Source: Chitinophaga pinensis (GTDB lineage Bacteria; Bacteroidota; Bacteroidia; UBA7662). From it: a DNA stretch of 64,000 nucleotides. Below are positions 52,356 through 61,327 of the stretch, piece after piece (within the stretch, counting starts at the first letter, position 1; every line of letters starts with the position of its first letter). The translations under genes and the position numbers were made by a program. The DNA lies in contig CAMCHJ010000008.1 in the NCBI GenBank assembly GCA_945874665.1, positions 3,880-67,879 on the forward strand. Direction: 5' to 3'. The notes beneath the pieces were generated by a model, which did not search any database, was not told the DNA's origin, and saw nothing but the letters and a program-made list of their open reading frames with translations.

Positions 52356-52988
52356 TTAGTGAGAGGCTAGGTAATCAGCTACACCAGCGTGGGTGTCCTT
52401 CATACCGTCTTTGCCGGGCTCCCAGTTGGCTGGACAAACCTCGCCTTTTTCCTCGTGGAAAAGGAGTGCGTCAACCATGCGGAGGGCTTCGCTCACGGAG
52501 CGGCCGAGTGGGAAGTTGTTCACCACCTGGTGCTGTACAATGCCTTCTTTGTCGATGAGGAACAAGCCGCGGTAAGCGATCATTGGACCGTTGGCAATCA
52601 TTTCGCCTTCATCGTTGTAGTCGTAAGCACCGGCCAAAACACCATAATTCATGCTGATGGTTTTGGTGGTATCTGCTACGATTGGGTAAGTGATGCCCTG
52701 GATGCCGCCAGCGTTCTTTGGCATTTGCAACCAGCCCCAATGCGACTCTTCTGTGTCGGTTGAAGCAGCTACGATGGCCACACCACGCTTTTCGAACTCA
52801 GCAATTTTCTCTTGGAAGGCATGCAATTCGGTTGGACAAACAAAGGTGAAATCTTTTGGATAGAAGAAGAAAATCACGTGCTTTTTACCAAGGTACTGGT
52901 CGAGTGAGAAGTTCTCGATGATTTCGTCGCCATTTACAACGGCGCCAACACTAAAATGAGGGGCTTTGCGGCCTACTAATACTGACAT
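52356..52988 (-). CDS. typical 2-Cys peroxiredoxin (AhpC/Tsa family)
   Basis: Peroxidatic Cys in FTFVCPTE, resolving Cys in GEVCPANW; 210 aa. Confidence 0.9.
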   Translation of the reverse strand: MSVLVGRKAPHFSVGAVVNGDEIIENFSLDQYLGKKHVIFFFYPKDFTFVCPTELHAFQEKIAEFEKRGVAIVAASTDTEESHWGWLQMPKNAGGIQGITYPIVADTTKTISMNYGVLAGAYDYNDEGEMIANGPMIAYRGLFLIDKEGIVQHQVVNNFPLGRSVSEALRMVDALLFHEEKGEVCPANWEPGKDGMKDTHAGVADYLASH

Positions 52989-53094
52989 ATATTTTTGTTT
53001 TAAGTTTTTACTTGCTGCATAAGGACGTGAGGCTTGATTTGGTTCCCATGCGGTGCAAAATTACGAAAAAATGCTATCTTTGCAGCCGTTTACT

Positions 53095-53168
53095 GGTCCC
53101 GTAGCTCAGCTGGATAGAGCAACTGCCTTCTAAGCAGTAGGCCTTTGGTTCGAATCCAAACGGGATCG
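53095..53168 (+). tRNA. tRNA-Arg (anticodon TCT)
   Basis: Acceptor GGTCCCG/CGGGATC, D-arm GTAGCTCAGCTGGATAGAGC, anticodon stem ACTGC/GCAGT with loop CTTCTAA, T-loop GGTTCGAATCC. Confidence 0.9.
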
Positions 53169-53285
53169 CAACGCTCAGAAGGAGCTCGCAAGTAGGCCGA
53201 GAAAATTATTTTCGGTTTTTTCTTTCCAGGGGGTAAAGCGCTATGGAAAGTTCTATATTTGCAGTCCCAATTGGCCACGGCCAAT

Positions 53286-53372
<87 letters not shown>

Positions 53373-53392
53373 CACCTTCACAGGTAACCGCT

Positions 53393-53467
53393 CGGGGTGT
53401 AGCGTAGCCCGGTTATCGCGCCTGCTTTGGGAGCAGGAGGTCGCAAGTTCGAATCTTGCCACCCCGA
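53393..53467 (+). tRNA. tRNA-Pro (anticodon TGG)
   Basis: Acceptor CGGGGTG/CACCCCG, anticodon stem CCTGC/GCAGG with loop TTTGGGA, T-arm GCAAGTTCGAATCTTGC. Confidence 0.9.
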
Positions 53468-53469
53468 CA

Positions 53470-53511
53470 ATGAAACCCGTATCGCCGCAGGCGATGCGGG
53501 TTTTTCATTTT
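53470..53511 (+). terminator. hairpin (likely terminator of the tRNA cluster), founding member of a local hairpin family
   Basis: TGAAACCCGTATCGCC-GCAG-GCGATGCGGGTTTTTCA near-perfect inverted repeat followed by TTTTCATTTT. Confidence 0.65.
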
Positions 53512-53807
53512 AGCGCGCGTCTGCGCCGCCCCCAGCGGTGCAAGCAAGCGCTAAAATGAAAAACACGTTTCATACGCGCCAGCGTATGAACGGGTTTCAT
53601 TAGTCCTATCCCCCCAACAAGATGGGCGAGCAACGCGAGTCAATCTTGCCTCCGGCCCTCACCACAGCGCGCTTCTGCACTGCGCCCAGCAGTGCAAGGA
53701 AGCTGGAAAATGAAAAACCAGTTCAGCTGCGCCAGCAGCTGACGGGTTTCATTAGTCCTCTTCCCCCCTTCAAGATGGGCGAACGCAGTGAGTCAATCTT
53801 GCCTCCC
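53511..53807 (+). repeat. two tandem copies (period ~155 nt) of a 142-nt element, each with a conserved outer stem ATGAAAAAC/GGGTTTCAT and a covarying inner stem
   Basis: Copy A is 53511-53652 and copy B is 53666-53807. The inner stems are CGTTTCATACGC-GCCA-GCGTATGAACGG in A and CAGTTCAGCTGC-GCCA-GCAGCTGACGG in B: same loop, different but still complementary stems. The shared 3' part is ..GGGTTTCATTAGTCCT.TCCCCCC..CAAGATGGGCGA.C....GAGTCAATCTTGCCTCC. Confidence 0.8.
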
Positions 53808-53980
53808 ACCAAGTCAACCCGAGTGGGTTTTCCAATCAAAAGATACTCCCTCTTTTCATTTGCACACAATTTGCATACAAAAGCCGAAAATTGCAACAAC
53901 ACCATTGGCCTCCGCGATGGCGTAAACATCGAAAATTAAGCGTGGCTTAACACAGGTAGAGCAGCTGAAGAAGGGTTGAT

Positions 53981-54829
53981 TTAAAACTTATAAACCACTC
54001 CGTTCCCCGCAATTTCAAAGCGGGTAACCCCCTTTTTAGCGATGTAATCGCCCACTACCTGCCCAAGAATGGCCCCCGCCACCACGTCGCTGAACCAATG
54101 TTTGCCTTGGAGCATCCGACTTGCGCCATTGGCCACCGCCAAGATATAAAAAGTAATGGGCACCCAGCGATGCTCGTCGCCATAAGCCTGCCTAAAAACG
54201 GCTGCCGCTGCAAAGGCCGAGGTTACGTGTCCGGATGGAAAGCTGGTATGGATGTAGCGGCCAACGGGACCATCAAATAGGCCGGGGTTGTTGCCTGCCT
54301 CCACTGGTCGCTGCCGCTGGAAGATGTATTTAGGTACTTGCACCAAAGCACGGCTCAATATAAAGGCTTTGGCCACATTTAACCCCACCAATTGGGTATG
54401 TGGATTGTTGCGATACCGGCCTTCCAACCAAATTACCCCAGCCACCGGTATGGTTACCAGTCCGTTACCCATGGGATCGGTGTACTTCAGCACCTCTGTC
54501 CAGCGTGTACTGCGTTCGCTAAACTGGCGTAAATCGCGATCTACGTACCAAGCGGCGGTAAGGGTGGCGCCCGACAAAGCCAATTTGGCCCAATCGCTGC
54601 CGTTCCACTGTGCTGGTGCTTTGAGCAGGCCCCAGCCGTCCTGCGCAAATGATTTCAGATAGTCTTTAGAGAAAGGATGCAAACGCAAAGCAGGCGTTGA
54701 AGGCTGAGCAGCGGCCAAATAACTCCCGCTTGTACCGGTTGACTGCAAAAAGGCTGGTGACTGAGCAGCTGCGGCCATCGGCAAAAGTAGGCCGAGCAGC
54801 GCGAACAACTGGATGCGCAAGTGCTTCAT
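53981..54829 (-). CDS. PAP2 superfamily phosphatase
   Basis: Signal peptide. PAP2 motifs: ..RQRP (KX6RP-like), SFPSGH, SRMLQGKHWFSD. The start is set at MKHLRIQ to avoid a 25-nt overlap with mazG (the ORF extends to 54850). Confidence 0.8.
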   Translation of the reverse strand: MKHLRIQLFALLGLLLPMAAAAQSPAFLQSTGTSGSYLAAAQPSTPALRLHPFSKDYLKSFAQDGWGLLKAPAQWNGSDWAKLALSGATLTAAWYVDRDLRQFSERSTRWTEVLKYTDPMGNGLVTIPVAGVIWLEGRYRNNPHTQLVGLNVAKAFILSRALVQVPKYIFQRQRPVEAGNNPGLFDGPVGRYIHTSFPSGHVTSAFAAAAVFRQAYGDEHRWVPITFYILAVANGASRMLQGKHWFSDVVAGAILGQVVGDYIAKKGVTRFEIAGNGVVYKF

Positions 54830-55599
54830 AGTTTCTTTGCCTCGTTCCAAAAAGCATCCATCTCTGCTAGCGTCATGTCTTGCAACTTGCGCCCTGATGC
54901 GGCAGCGCCTTTTTCGAGGTATTGAAAGCGTTTGATGAATTTTTGGTTGGTTTTTTCGAGTGCATTTTCGGGGTTCACCTCCAAAAAACGCGCGTAATTA
55001 ATCATGCTGAATAGTAAATCGCCAAATTCGGCTTCTATTTCGGTGCTGTTGCCGGCGTCTACCTCGGCCTTTAACTCGTCCAGCTCCTCCTGCAATTTGT
55101 CCCACACCTGCTCTTGGTTGTCCCAATCAAAACCCACACCCCTGGCCTTTTCTTGGATACGGGTAGCCTTTACCATGGCCGGCAGCGACACAGGCACGCC
55201 TTCAAGCACCGAGCTTTTGCCTTCTTTGAGCTTAAGCTTCTCCCAGTTTTGTTTCACTTCCTCTTCCCCGCTCACTTTTACATCGCTGTAAATGTGGGGA
55301 TGGCGGTGTACCAGCTTGTCGCATATGCCGTTAAGCACGTCTGTAATGTCAAAAGCACCCTTCTCAGCTCCAATTTTGGCGTAAAAAACCAAGTGTAACA
55401 TCACATCACCCAGCTCTTTCTTTACTTCGTCCAAGTCGTTTTTAACGATGGCATCGGCCAATTCGTACATTTCTTCGATGGTCAACGGGCGCAGCGTTTC
55501 CATGGTTTGCTTGCGGTCCCAGGGACATTGCTCCCGCAATTCGTCCATAATGGTAAGCAAGCGACTGAACGCTTGGAGGCGGGGATCGGGTAAATGCAT
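54826..55599 (-). CDS. mazG: nucleoside triphosphate pyrophosphohydrolase MazG
   Basis: Two MazG-type EExxE repeats (LTIEEMYELADAI; ..EEVKQNWE..; second half FGDLLFSMINYARF). Confidence 0.88.
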   Translation of the reverse strand: MHLPDPRLQAFSRLLTIMDELREQCPWDRKQTMETLRPLTIEEMYELADAIVKNDLDEVKKELGDVMLHLVFYAKIGAEKGAFDITDVLNGICDKLVHRHPHIYSDVKVSGEEEVKQNWEKLKLKEGKSSVLEGVPVSLPAMVKATRIQEKARGVGFDWDNQEQVWDKLQEELDELKAEVDAGNSTEIEAEFGDLLFSMINYARFLEVNPENALEKTNQKFIKRFQYLEKGAAASGRKLQDMTLAEMDAFWNEAKKL

Positions 55600-55794
55600 G
55601 CAGCGAATTTAAGCAATTGTTGAGAAAGCGAGCGGACCAGCCATCAAATCTCCCTTTAAAAAGAATGAAAAATACCAGTCGCCATGACCGCAACGATTGG
55701 CACGCAAAGCACAAAAAATACTGCTCATCCTCCCAATTGAAAGCCTCCAATAAAAGGACAAAAACATCCGAATCCCTTGATTTACTGATACATT

Positions 55795-55830
55795 TAGCCA
55801 TCAAATTAAACCTTTTTTAAACTATCTTTG
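55795..55830 (+). promoter_or_regulatory. candidate Bacteroidetes-type -7 element TATCTTTG upstream of sufB
   Basis: TATCTTTG at 55823-55830 matches TAnnTTTG and sits 40 nt upstream of the sufB ATG. The -33 TTTG is only weakly matched. Confidence 0.3.
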
Positions 55831-55869
55831 TTGCCCAATTCAGATTAAGTCTAAATACGTACAAGCGGA

Positions 55870-57318
55870 ATGAGCACATCAGAACAGGACATACTCGAGC
55901 AGATTACCGGCGACGACTACAAATATGGATTCGTAAGCAACATTGAGCAGGACATCATTCCTAAAGGTTTGACGGAAGACACGGTGCGCTTTATTTCTGC
56001 GAAAAAAAATGAACCCCATTGGTTACTCGACTGGCGTTTAAAGGCTTACAAACACTGGCTGGGCATGACGCCTCCCGATTGGCAGAACGTTAAATTCCCA
56101 CCCATTGATTACCAAGACATTAGCTACTATGCTTCCCCTAAAGAAGGCAGCAAACTAAACAGCTTAGACGAGCTCGACCCAGAGATCAAGGCCACTTACG
56201 ACAAATTAGGAATTCCCCTCGAGGAGCAGCTCATTTTGGCTGGAGTGGCTGTAGATGCGGTGCTCGACTCGGTATCGGTGATCACCACCTTCAAAGAAAA
56301 ACTCGCTGAAAAAGGCGTTATTTTTTGTTCCATCAGTGAAGCTGTGCAAGAACACCCGGAGCTGATCAAAAAGTACCTTGGCAGCGTGGTGCCATACACT
56401 GACAATTATTTTGCAGCCCTCAACAGCGCCGTTTTTAGCGATGGTTCGTTTGTGTACATCCCCAAAGGCGTTCGTTGTCCGATGGAATTAAGCACCTACT
56501 TCCGCATCAACGCCAAAGGTACTGGGCAGTTTGAACGCACCCTCCTCATTGCCGAAGATGCCAGTTATGTTAGCTACCTAGAAGGTTGCACGGCACCCAA
56601 GCGCGACGAAAATCAGTTGCACGCGGCAGTCGTTGAACTTGTAGCCATGGAAAGTGCCGAAATCAAGTACAGTACCGTACAAAACTGGTACCCGGGCGAC
56701 AAAGACGGCAAAGGCGGTATTTATAATTTCGTTACCAAGCGCGGTGTGTGCATGGGCAACGGCTCCAAAATCAGCTGGACCCAAGTTGAAACCGGCTCTG
56801 CCATCACCTGGAAATACCCAAGCGTGGTGCTAAAAGGCGACAACAGCATCGGTGAATTTTACAGCGTGGCGGTTACCAACAACCTGCAACAAGCCGATAC
56901 GGGCACCAAAATGATCCACATCGGCAAAAACACTAAAAGTCGCATTGTAAGCAAAGGCATCAGCGCTGGCAAGAGCCAAAACTCCTACCGCGGTCTGGTG
57001 AAAGTGCGCAAATCGGCCGCCAACGCTCGCAACTACAGTCAGTGCGACTCGCTGCTGATGGGCGACAAATGCGGGGCGCACACCTTCCCCTACTTCGAAA
57101 TCAACAACAATGGCGCAACGGTAGAACACGAAGCCACCACCTCTAAAATTGGGGAAGACATTATGTTTTACTGCAACCAGCGCGGCATTTCGCAAGAAGA
57201 TGCGGTGGCACTCATCGTAAACGGCTATGCCAAAGAGGTACTCGACAAATTGCCCATGGAGTTTGCTGTAGAAGCTAAAAAGTTATTGGCCATTTCACTC
57301 GAAGGCTCTGTGGGATAA
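55870..57318 (+). CDS. sufB: Fe-S cluster assembly protein SufB
   Basis: 482 aa, highly conserved SufB sequence. Confidence 0.95.
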   Translation: MSTSEQDILEQITGDDYKYGFVSNIEQDIIPKGLTEDTVRFISAKKNEPHWLLDWRLKAYKHWLGMTPPDWQNVKFPPIDYQDISYYASPKEGSKLNSLDELDPEIKATYDKLGIPLEEQLILAGVAVDAVLDSVSVITTFKEKLAEKGVIFCSISEAVQEHPELIKKYLGSVVPYTDNYFAALNSAVFSDGSFVYIPKGVRCPMELSTYFRINAKGTGQFERTLLIAEDASYVSYLEGCTAPKRDENQLHAAVVELVAMESAEIKYSTVQNWYPGDKDGKGGIYNFVTKRGVCMGNGSKISWTQVETGSAITWKYPSVVLKGDNSIGEFYSVAVTNNLQQADTGTKMIHIGKNTKSRIVSKGISAGKSQNSYRGLVKVRKSAANARNYSQCDSLLMGDKCGAHTFPYFEINNNGATVEHEATTSKIGEDIMFYCNQRGISQEDAVALIVNGYAKEVLDKLPMEFAVEAKKLLAISLEGSVG

Positions 57319-57327
57319 CACCGACAG

Positions 57328-57359
57328 GGTTCAAAATTCAAAGTTCAAAATTCAAAAAC
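57328..57359 (+). repeat. 4x tandem heptamer TTCAAAR immediately after the sufB stop
   Basis: gg TTCAAAA TTCAAAG TTCAAAA TTCAAAAA ct. Exact reverse complement of the array downstream of the four-helix-bundle gene. Confidence 0.85.
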
Positions 57360-57382
57360 TAGCAAGGAAAAGGGAAAGAACA

Positions 57383-57847
57383 ATGGCTGGCTATATGGCA
57401 TTTGAGGAGACGAAAATTTGGCAAGAGTCACGTAAGCTTGTCAACAGCATCTATTTGGCCATCCAAAATAGTACGGCATTTTCGCAGGATTACGCGCTCG
57501 GAAATCAAATCAAACGTGCAGCAATTTCCATTCCTTCAAATATTGCCGAAGGTTTTGAAAGGTCTACTAACAAAGAATTGATTCACTTCTTATTCATTGC
57601 AAAGGGATCAGCGGGAGAAGTTAGAACCCAGTTATGGTTGGCGAGTGATTTGAACTTCCTGAATAAAAAAGAACTTGATGCTTTAATTGATAAGGTTAAA
57701 ACCATTAGTAAAATGATTCAAGGAATGATTAATTATCTCCAAAAAAGTGAAATGAAAGGCACAAAGTATCATAATGAATTAAGAGAGCCCGAGGCTGAAT
57801 TCCAAGGCCTAGAACACTTTTTCCAAACGAGAGACACGTCTGAATAA
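57383..57847 (+). CDS. four-helix-bundle protein (TIGR02436; the family first described as the ORF inside 23S rRNA intervening sequences)
   Basis: 154 aa. N-terminus ..FEETKIWQESRKLVNSIY.. and ..IPSNIAEGFERSTNKELIHFLFIAKGSAGEVRTQL.. are typical of the family. Inserted between sufB and sufC. Confidence 0.82.
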   Translation: MAGYMAFEETKIWQESRKLVNSIYLAIQNSTAFSQDYALGNQIKRAAISIPSNIAEGFERSTNKELIHFLFIAKGSAGEVRTQLWLASDLNFLNKKELDALIDKVKTISKMIQGMINYLQKSEMKGTKYHNELREPEAEFQGLEHFFQTRDTSE

Positions 57848-57913
57848 AAAAATAGCCTGATAAAAATAAATGGCAACCCTTGAAACCCGTATCCATCGAG
57901 CTTTAAACCTCGC

Positions 57914-57963
57914 ACTTTGAACTTTGAACTTTGAATTTTGAACTTTGAACCTTGAATTTTGAA
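57914..57963 (+). repeat. 7x tandem heptamer YTTTGAA (reverse complement of TTCAAAR)
   Basis: CTTTGAA CTTTGAA CTTTGAA TTTTGAA CTTTGAA CCTTGAA TTTTGAA; seen directly. Confidence 0.85.
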
Positions 57964-58025
57964 CTTCCGCAATCAACTTAGAACAAATAATCAGCAACCC
58001 CTTATACGCTCCGAACATAATTACA

Positions 58026-58784
58026 ATGCTTAATATAAACAACCTCAAAGCGTCGATCGACGACAAACAAATCCTCAAAGGCATCAACCTGGAAGTTAAG
58101 CCGGGTGAAGTGCATGCCATCATGGGCCCGAATGGCTCTGGCAAATCAACCCTTTCAAGCGTTATTGCTGGTCGCGAAGGCTATGAAGTAAGCGGCGAAG
58201 TGTTGTTCAACGGCAAAGACCTACTCGAATTGGCACCAGAAGTACGGGCTTGGGAGGGCATCTTCCTCGCTTTCCAATATCCAGTTGAAATACCCGGTGT
58301 TAGCAACACCAATTTTATGCGTACCTGCATCAATGAGCAGCGCAAATACCGCGGCTTGCCTGATATGGACGCCAGCACTTTCCTCAAAACCATGCGCGAA
58401 AAAGCGGAATTGGTGGAGCTCGACCCTAATTTGATGAAGCGCTCAGTAAACCAAGGCTTCTCAGGCGGTGAAAAAAAGCGCAATGAGATATTCCAGCTCG
58501 CCATGCTCGATCCTAAGCTGGCCATCCTCGACGAAACAGACTCTGGTCTCGACATTGACGCCCTCCGCATTGTGTCGAACGGCGTGAACAAGCTCCGTAA
58601 TAAAGACAACGCCTTTGTAGTGATCACCCACTACCAGCGTTTGCTCGACTACATCATACCTGATTTTGTGCACGTATTGATGAACGGTCAGATTGTAAAA
58701 TCAGGGACCAAAGAACTCGCTTACGAGCTTGAAGAAAAAGGCTACGATTGGATCAAGGCTGAATTGAAAGAAGCCGCCCTATGA
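58026..58784 (+). CDS. sufC: Fe-S cluster assembly ATPase SufC
   Basis: Walker A GPNGSGKST, ABC signature FSGGEKKR, Walker B LAILDETDSGLD. Confidence 0.95.
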   Translation: MLNINNLKASIDDKQILKGINLEVKPGEVHAIMGPNGSGKSTLSSVIAGREGYEVSGEVLFNGKDLLELAPEVRAWEGIFLAFQYPVEIPGVSNTNFMRTCINEQRKYRGLPDMDASTFLKTMREKAELVELDPNLMKRSVNQGFSGGEKKRNEIFQLAMLDPKLAILDETDSGLDIDALRIVSNGVNKLRNKDNAFVVITHYQRLLDYIIPDFVHVLMNGQIVKSGTKELAYELEEKGYDWIKAELKEAAL

Positions 58785-60094
58785 GCACGCTTACCACACA
58801 GCAGCCGCTGATCGACCGGCTGAAAGACTTTGTGCAGCACACCGCCAGTGGTCCTCAGGAACACCAGCGACTCGAGGCTTTGGCGCAGTTTGAAGCCTTA
58901 GGTCTACCCCATCCCGATTTAGAAGATTGGAAATACACCAATTTTAAGGGCCTCAAGGCACTCGACCCGAGCAATCCCTTGCCCATTTTAGATGAATCAA
59001 CCATCGACATCAGCAAATACAGGATTGCAGGTCTCGACGCCATCGAACTGGTATTTGTAAACGGTCGTTTTGCAGGCAGTTTAAGCCGGCCATTCGAAAG
59101 TGACCAGCTTTACGTGAGCACCCTGGCCAAGGCCCGCAATTTGCGGCACCACTTGCTAGAAACACATCTTGGGAAATACGCGCAGCAAGCTACCGAAGGC
59201 CTCACCGCCCTCAATTTGGCCATGGCGAGCGATGGTTTCGTAATCCACCTAACCAAAAACGAAGTTTGCGACCGTCCCGTTGTCATTTATCAACTCTCCA
59301 CCGGCACACACGACCGCGGTTGGAACAACCAACGCAATTTGATAGTGGCCGAAGCAGGCAGTCGCCTGGTAGTTATTGAAAAGTACATCAGCCAATCGCC
59401 TGTTTTCGACAACATCGTAACCGAAATTGTGGTGGGCAGCAACGCCAATGTAGAGCACTACAAACTCCAAACCCGCTACGGCGATGCTTGGCAGGTAGGC
59501 ACCACCCGCGTGGAGCAAGATCGCGATTCGCGTTATTACAATGCCACCATCAGTTGGAGCGGGCAAATGATCCGAAACAATCTTCAAGCCCGCCACGCTG
59601 GTCAAAACTGTGAAACACACTTTTTCGGTTTGTATTTGTTAGATCATGACAACCTCATCGACAACCACACCCTGATGGACCACGCCATGCCAAACTGTTA
59701 CAGTCACGAGCTCTACAAAGGCATCGTTGGTCCTGAAGGCAAAGCAGTGTTCAACGGCAAAGTGCTGGTAAGGCCGGATGCCCAAAAAACCAACGCCTAT
59801 CAAAGTAATGCCAATATATTACTGGCAGATACTGGCACAGTGAACGCTAAACCCGAGCTTGAAATTTTTGCAGATGATGTAAAATGCTCTCACGGAGCTA
59901 CGGTGGGTCAACTAGATTTGAATGAATTATTCTACCTCAAATCACGCGGCATAGGCGAAGAAAAAGCCCGTACCATTCTCCTCACCGCCTTTGCTGGCGA
60001 AGTGGTGGAGGCGGTGCGTATTGAAGCATTGCGCGACGACTTGATGGCCCAGTTGATGGAGGAGCTTCAACGCATGCAAATCAGTTTTGAATAA
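58781..60094 (+). CDS. sufD: Fe-S cluster assembly protein SufD
   Basis: 437 aa. SufBD-family C-terminal region (..FADDVKCSHGATVGQLD..). Overlaps sufC by 4 nt. Confidence 0.9.
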   Translation: MSTLTTQQPLIDRLKDFVQHTASGPQEHQRLEALAQFEALGLPHPDLEDWKYTNFKGLKALDPSNPLPILDESTIDISKYRIAGLDAIELVFVNGRFAGSLSRPFESDQLYVSTLAKARNLRHHLLETHLGKYAQQATEGLTALNLAMASDGFVIHLTKNEVCDRPVVIYQLSTGTHDRGWNNQRNLIVAEAGSRLVVIEKYISQSPVFDNIVTEIVVGSNANVEHYKLQTRYGDAWQVGTTRVEQDRDSRYYNATISWSGQMIRNNLQARHAGQNCETHFFGLYLLDHDNLIDNHTLMDHAMPNCYSHELYKGIVGPEGKAVFNGKVLVRPDAQKTNAYQSNANILLADTGTVNAKPELEIFADDVKCSHGATVGQLDLNELFYLKSRGIGEEKARTILLTAFAGEVVEAVRIEALRDDLMAQLMEELQRMQISFE

Positions 60095-61327
60095 ATGAAA
60101 GGAGCTACCCGCATCGACTGGCAGGCCATACGCGCCGATTTTCCCATACTTGACGAACAGGTACATGGTAAACCGTTGGTGTATTTCGACAACGCCGCCA
60201 CTTCCCAAAAACCAAAGCAGGTAATAGATGCGCTGGTAGCTTATTACAGTCGCTACAACAGCAATGTGCACCGTGGCGTGCACAGCTTGAGTCAGCAAGC
60301 CACCGCCGCCTTTGAAGCCACCCGCCGCAAAGTACAGCTGCTGCTCAACGCGCGCGAGGAAGCCGAAATCATTTACACCAGCGGCACCACTGCGGCCATC
60401 AATTTGGTAGCCAGCAGCTGGGGTGCGTTGCATGTAGTGGCGGGCGATGAAATTTTAATTACAGGACTCGAGCACCACGCCAACATTGTGCCTTGGCAAA
60501 TGCTTTGTGAGCGCACAGGTGCCAAATTGGTGGTAGCACCCATTCTCGACAATGGAGAAGTATCGCTGGAGGCCTTTGCACAATTGCTTTCGCCACGCAC
60601 CAAAATGGCAGCATTTAGCTGGATCAGCAATGCGCTAGGCACGGTAAATCCTGTGCACAAAATGATTGCGCTGGCGCAGGCTGCAGGTGCTTTTACACTG
60701 GTAGATGCCGCTCAGGCTGCACCACACAGTGTAATTGATGTGCAGGTGTTAGACTGCGACTTTTTATGTTTTTCGGCCCACAAAATGCTAGGCCCTACAG
60801 GTATCGGCATTTTGTATGGCAAGCGAGAAGTGCTAGAGCCCCTGCCACCCTACCAAGGCGGTGGCGATATGATCAAAGAAGTGACCTTTGAAAAAACGAC
60901 CTACAACGATTTGCCTTTGCGACTCGAAGCAGGTACGCCCAACATTGCCGATGTGATTGCTTTTGGCACCGCCATCGATTATATGCAAAACATCGGTTTG
61001 GCTAACATTGAAGCGCGTGAAAACGAGCTTTTAGACTATGCAACCGCCAAAATCAGTGAAATCACTGGCATACGGCTCATTGGCACCGCCCCAGAAAAGC
61101 GTTGCGTGCTTAGCTTTATGCTTGGCGGCGCCCATCCTTACGATGTGGGTGTGCTGCTCGATCAAATGGGCATCGCCATTCGCACTGGCCACCATTGCGC
61201 GCAGCCGGTGATGGACCGCTACCAAATTCCTGGCAGCTGCCGTGCTTCCTTTGCTTTTTACAATACGTTCGAAGAAATCGACCGGTTTATCACCGCCTTG
61301 CAAAAGGTCCAAAAAATGCTTTCATAA
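60095..61327 (+). CDS. sufS: cysteine desulfurase SufS
   Basis: PLP-lysine region (FSAHKMLGPTGIG), active-site Cys (RTGHHCAQP), 410 aa. Confidence 0.93.
   Translation: MKGATRIDWQAIRADFPILDEQVHGKPLVYFDNAATSQKPKQVIDALVAYYSRYNSNVHRGVHSLSQQATAAFEATRRKVQLLLNAREEAEIIYTSGTTAAINLVASSWGALHVVAGDEILITGLEHHANIVPWQMLCERTGAKLVVAPILDNGEVSLEAFAQLLSPRTKMAAFSWISNALGTVNPVHKMIALAQAAGAFTLVDAAQAAPHSVIDVQVLDCDFLCFSAHKMLGPTGIGILYGKREVLEPLPPYQGGGDMIKEVTFEKTTYNDLPLRLEAGTPNIADVIAFGTAIDYMQNIGLANIEARENELLDYATAKISEITGIRLIGTAPEKRCVLSFMLGGAHPYDVGVLLDQMGIAIRTGHHCAQPVMDRYQIPGSCRASFAFYNTFEEIDRFITALQKVQKMLS

Noticed and set aside
53090-53284. 64-aa minus-strand ORF
   Set aside because: It overlaps tRNA-Arg and the intergenic region, so it is a spurious ORF.
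57769-58144. Minus-strand ORFs with KFKIQ/SKFKV repeats
   Set aside because: They are produced by translating the YTTTGAA heptamer array. They are antisense to the four-helix-bundle and sufC region and are not a real gene.
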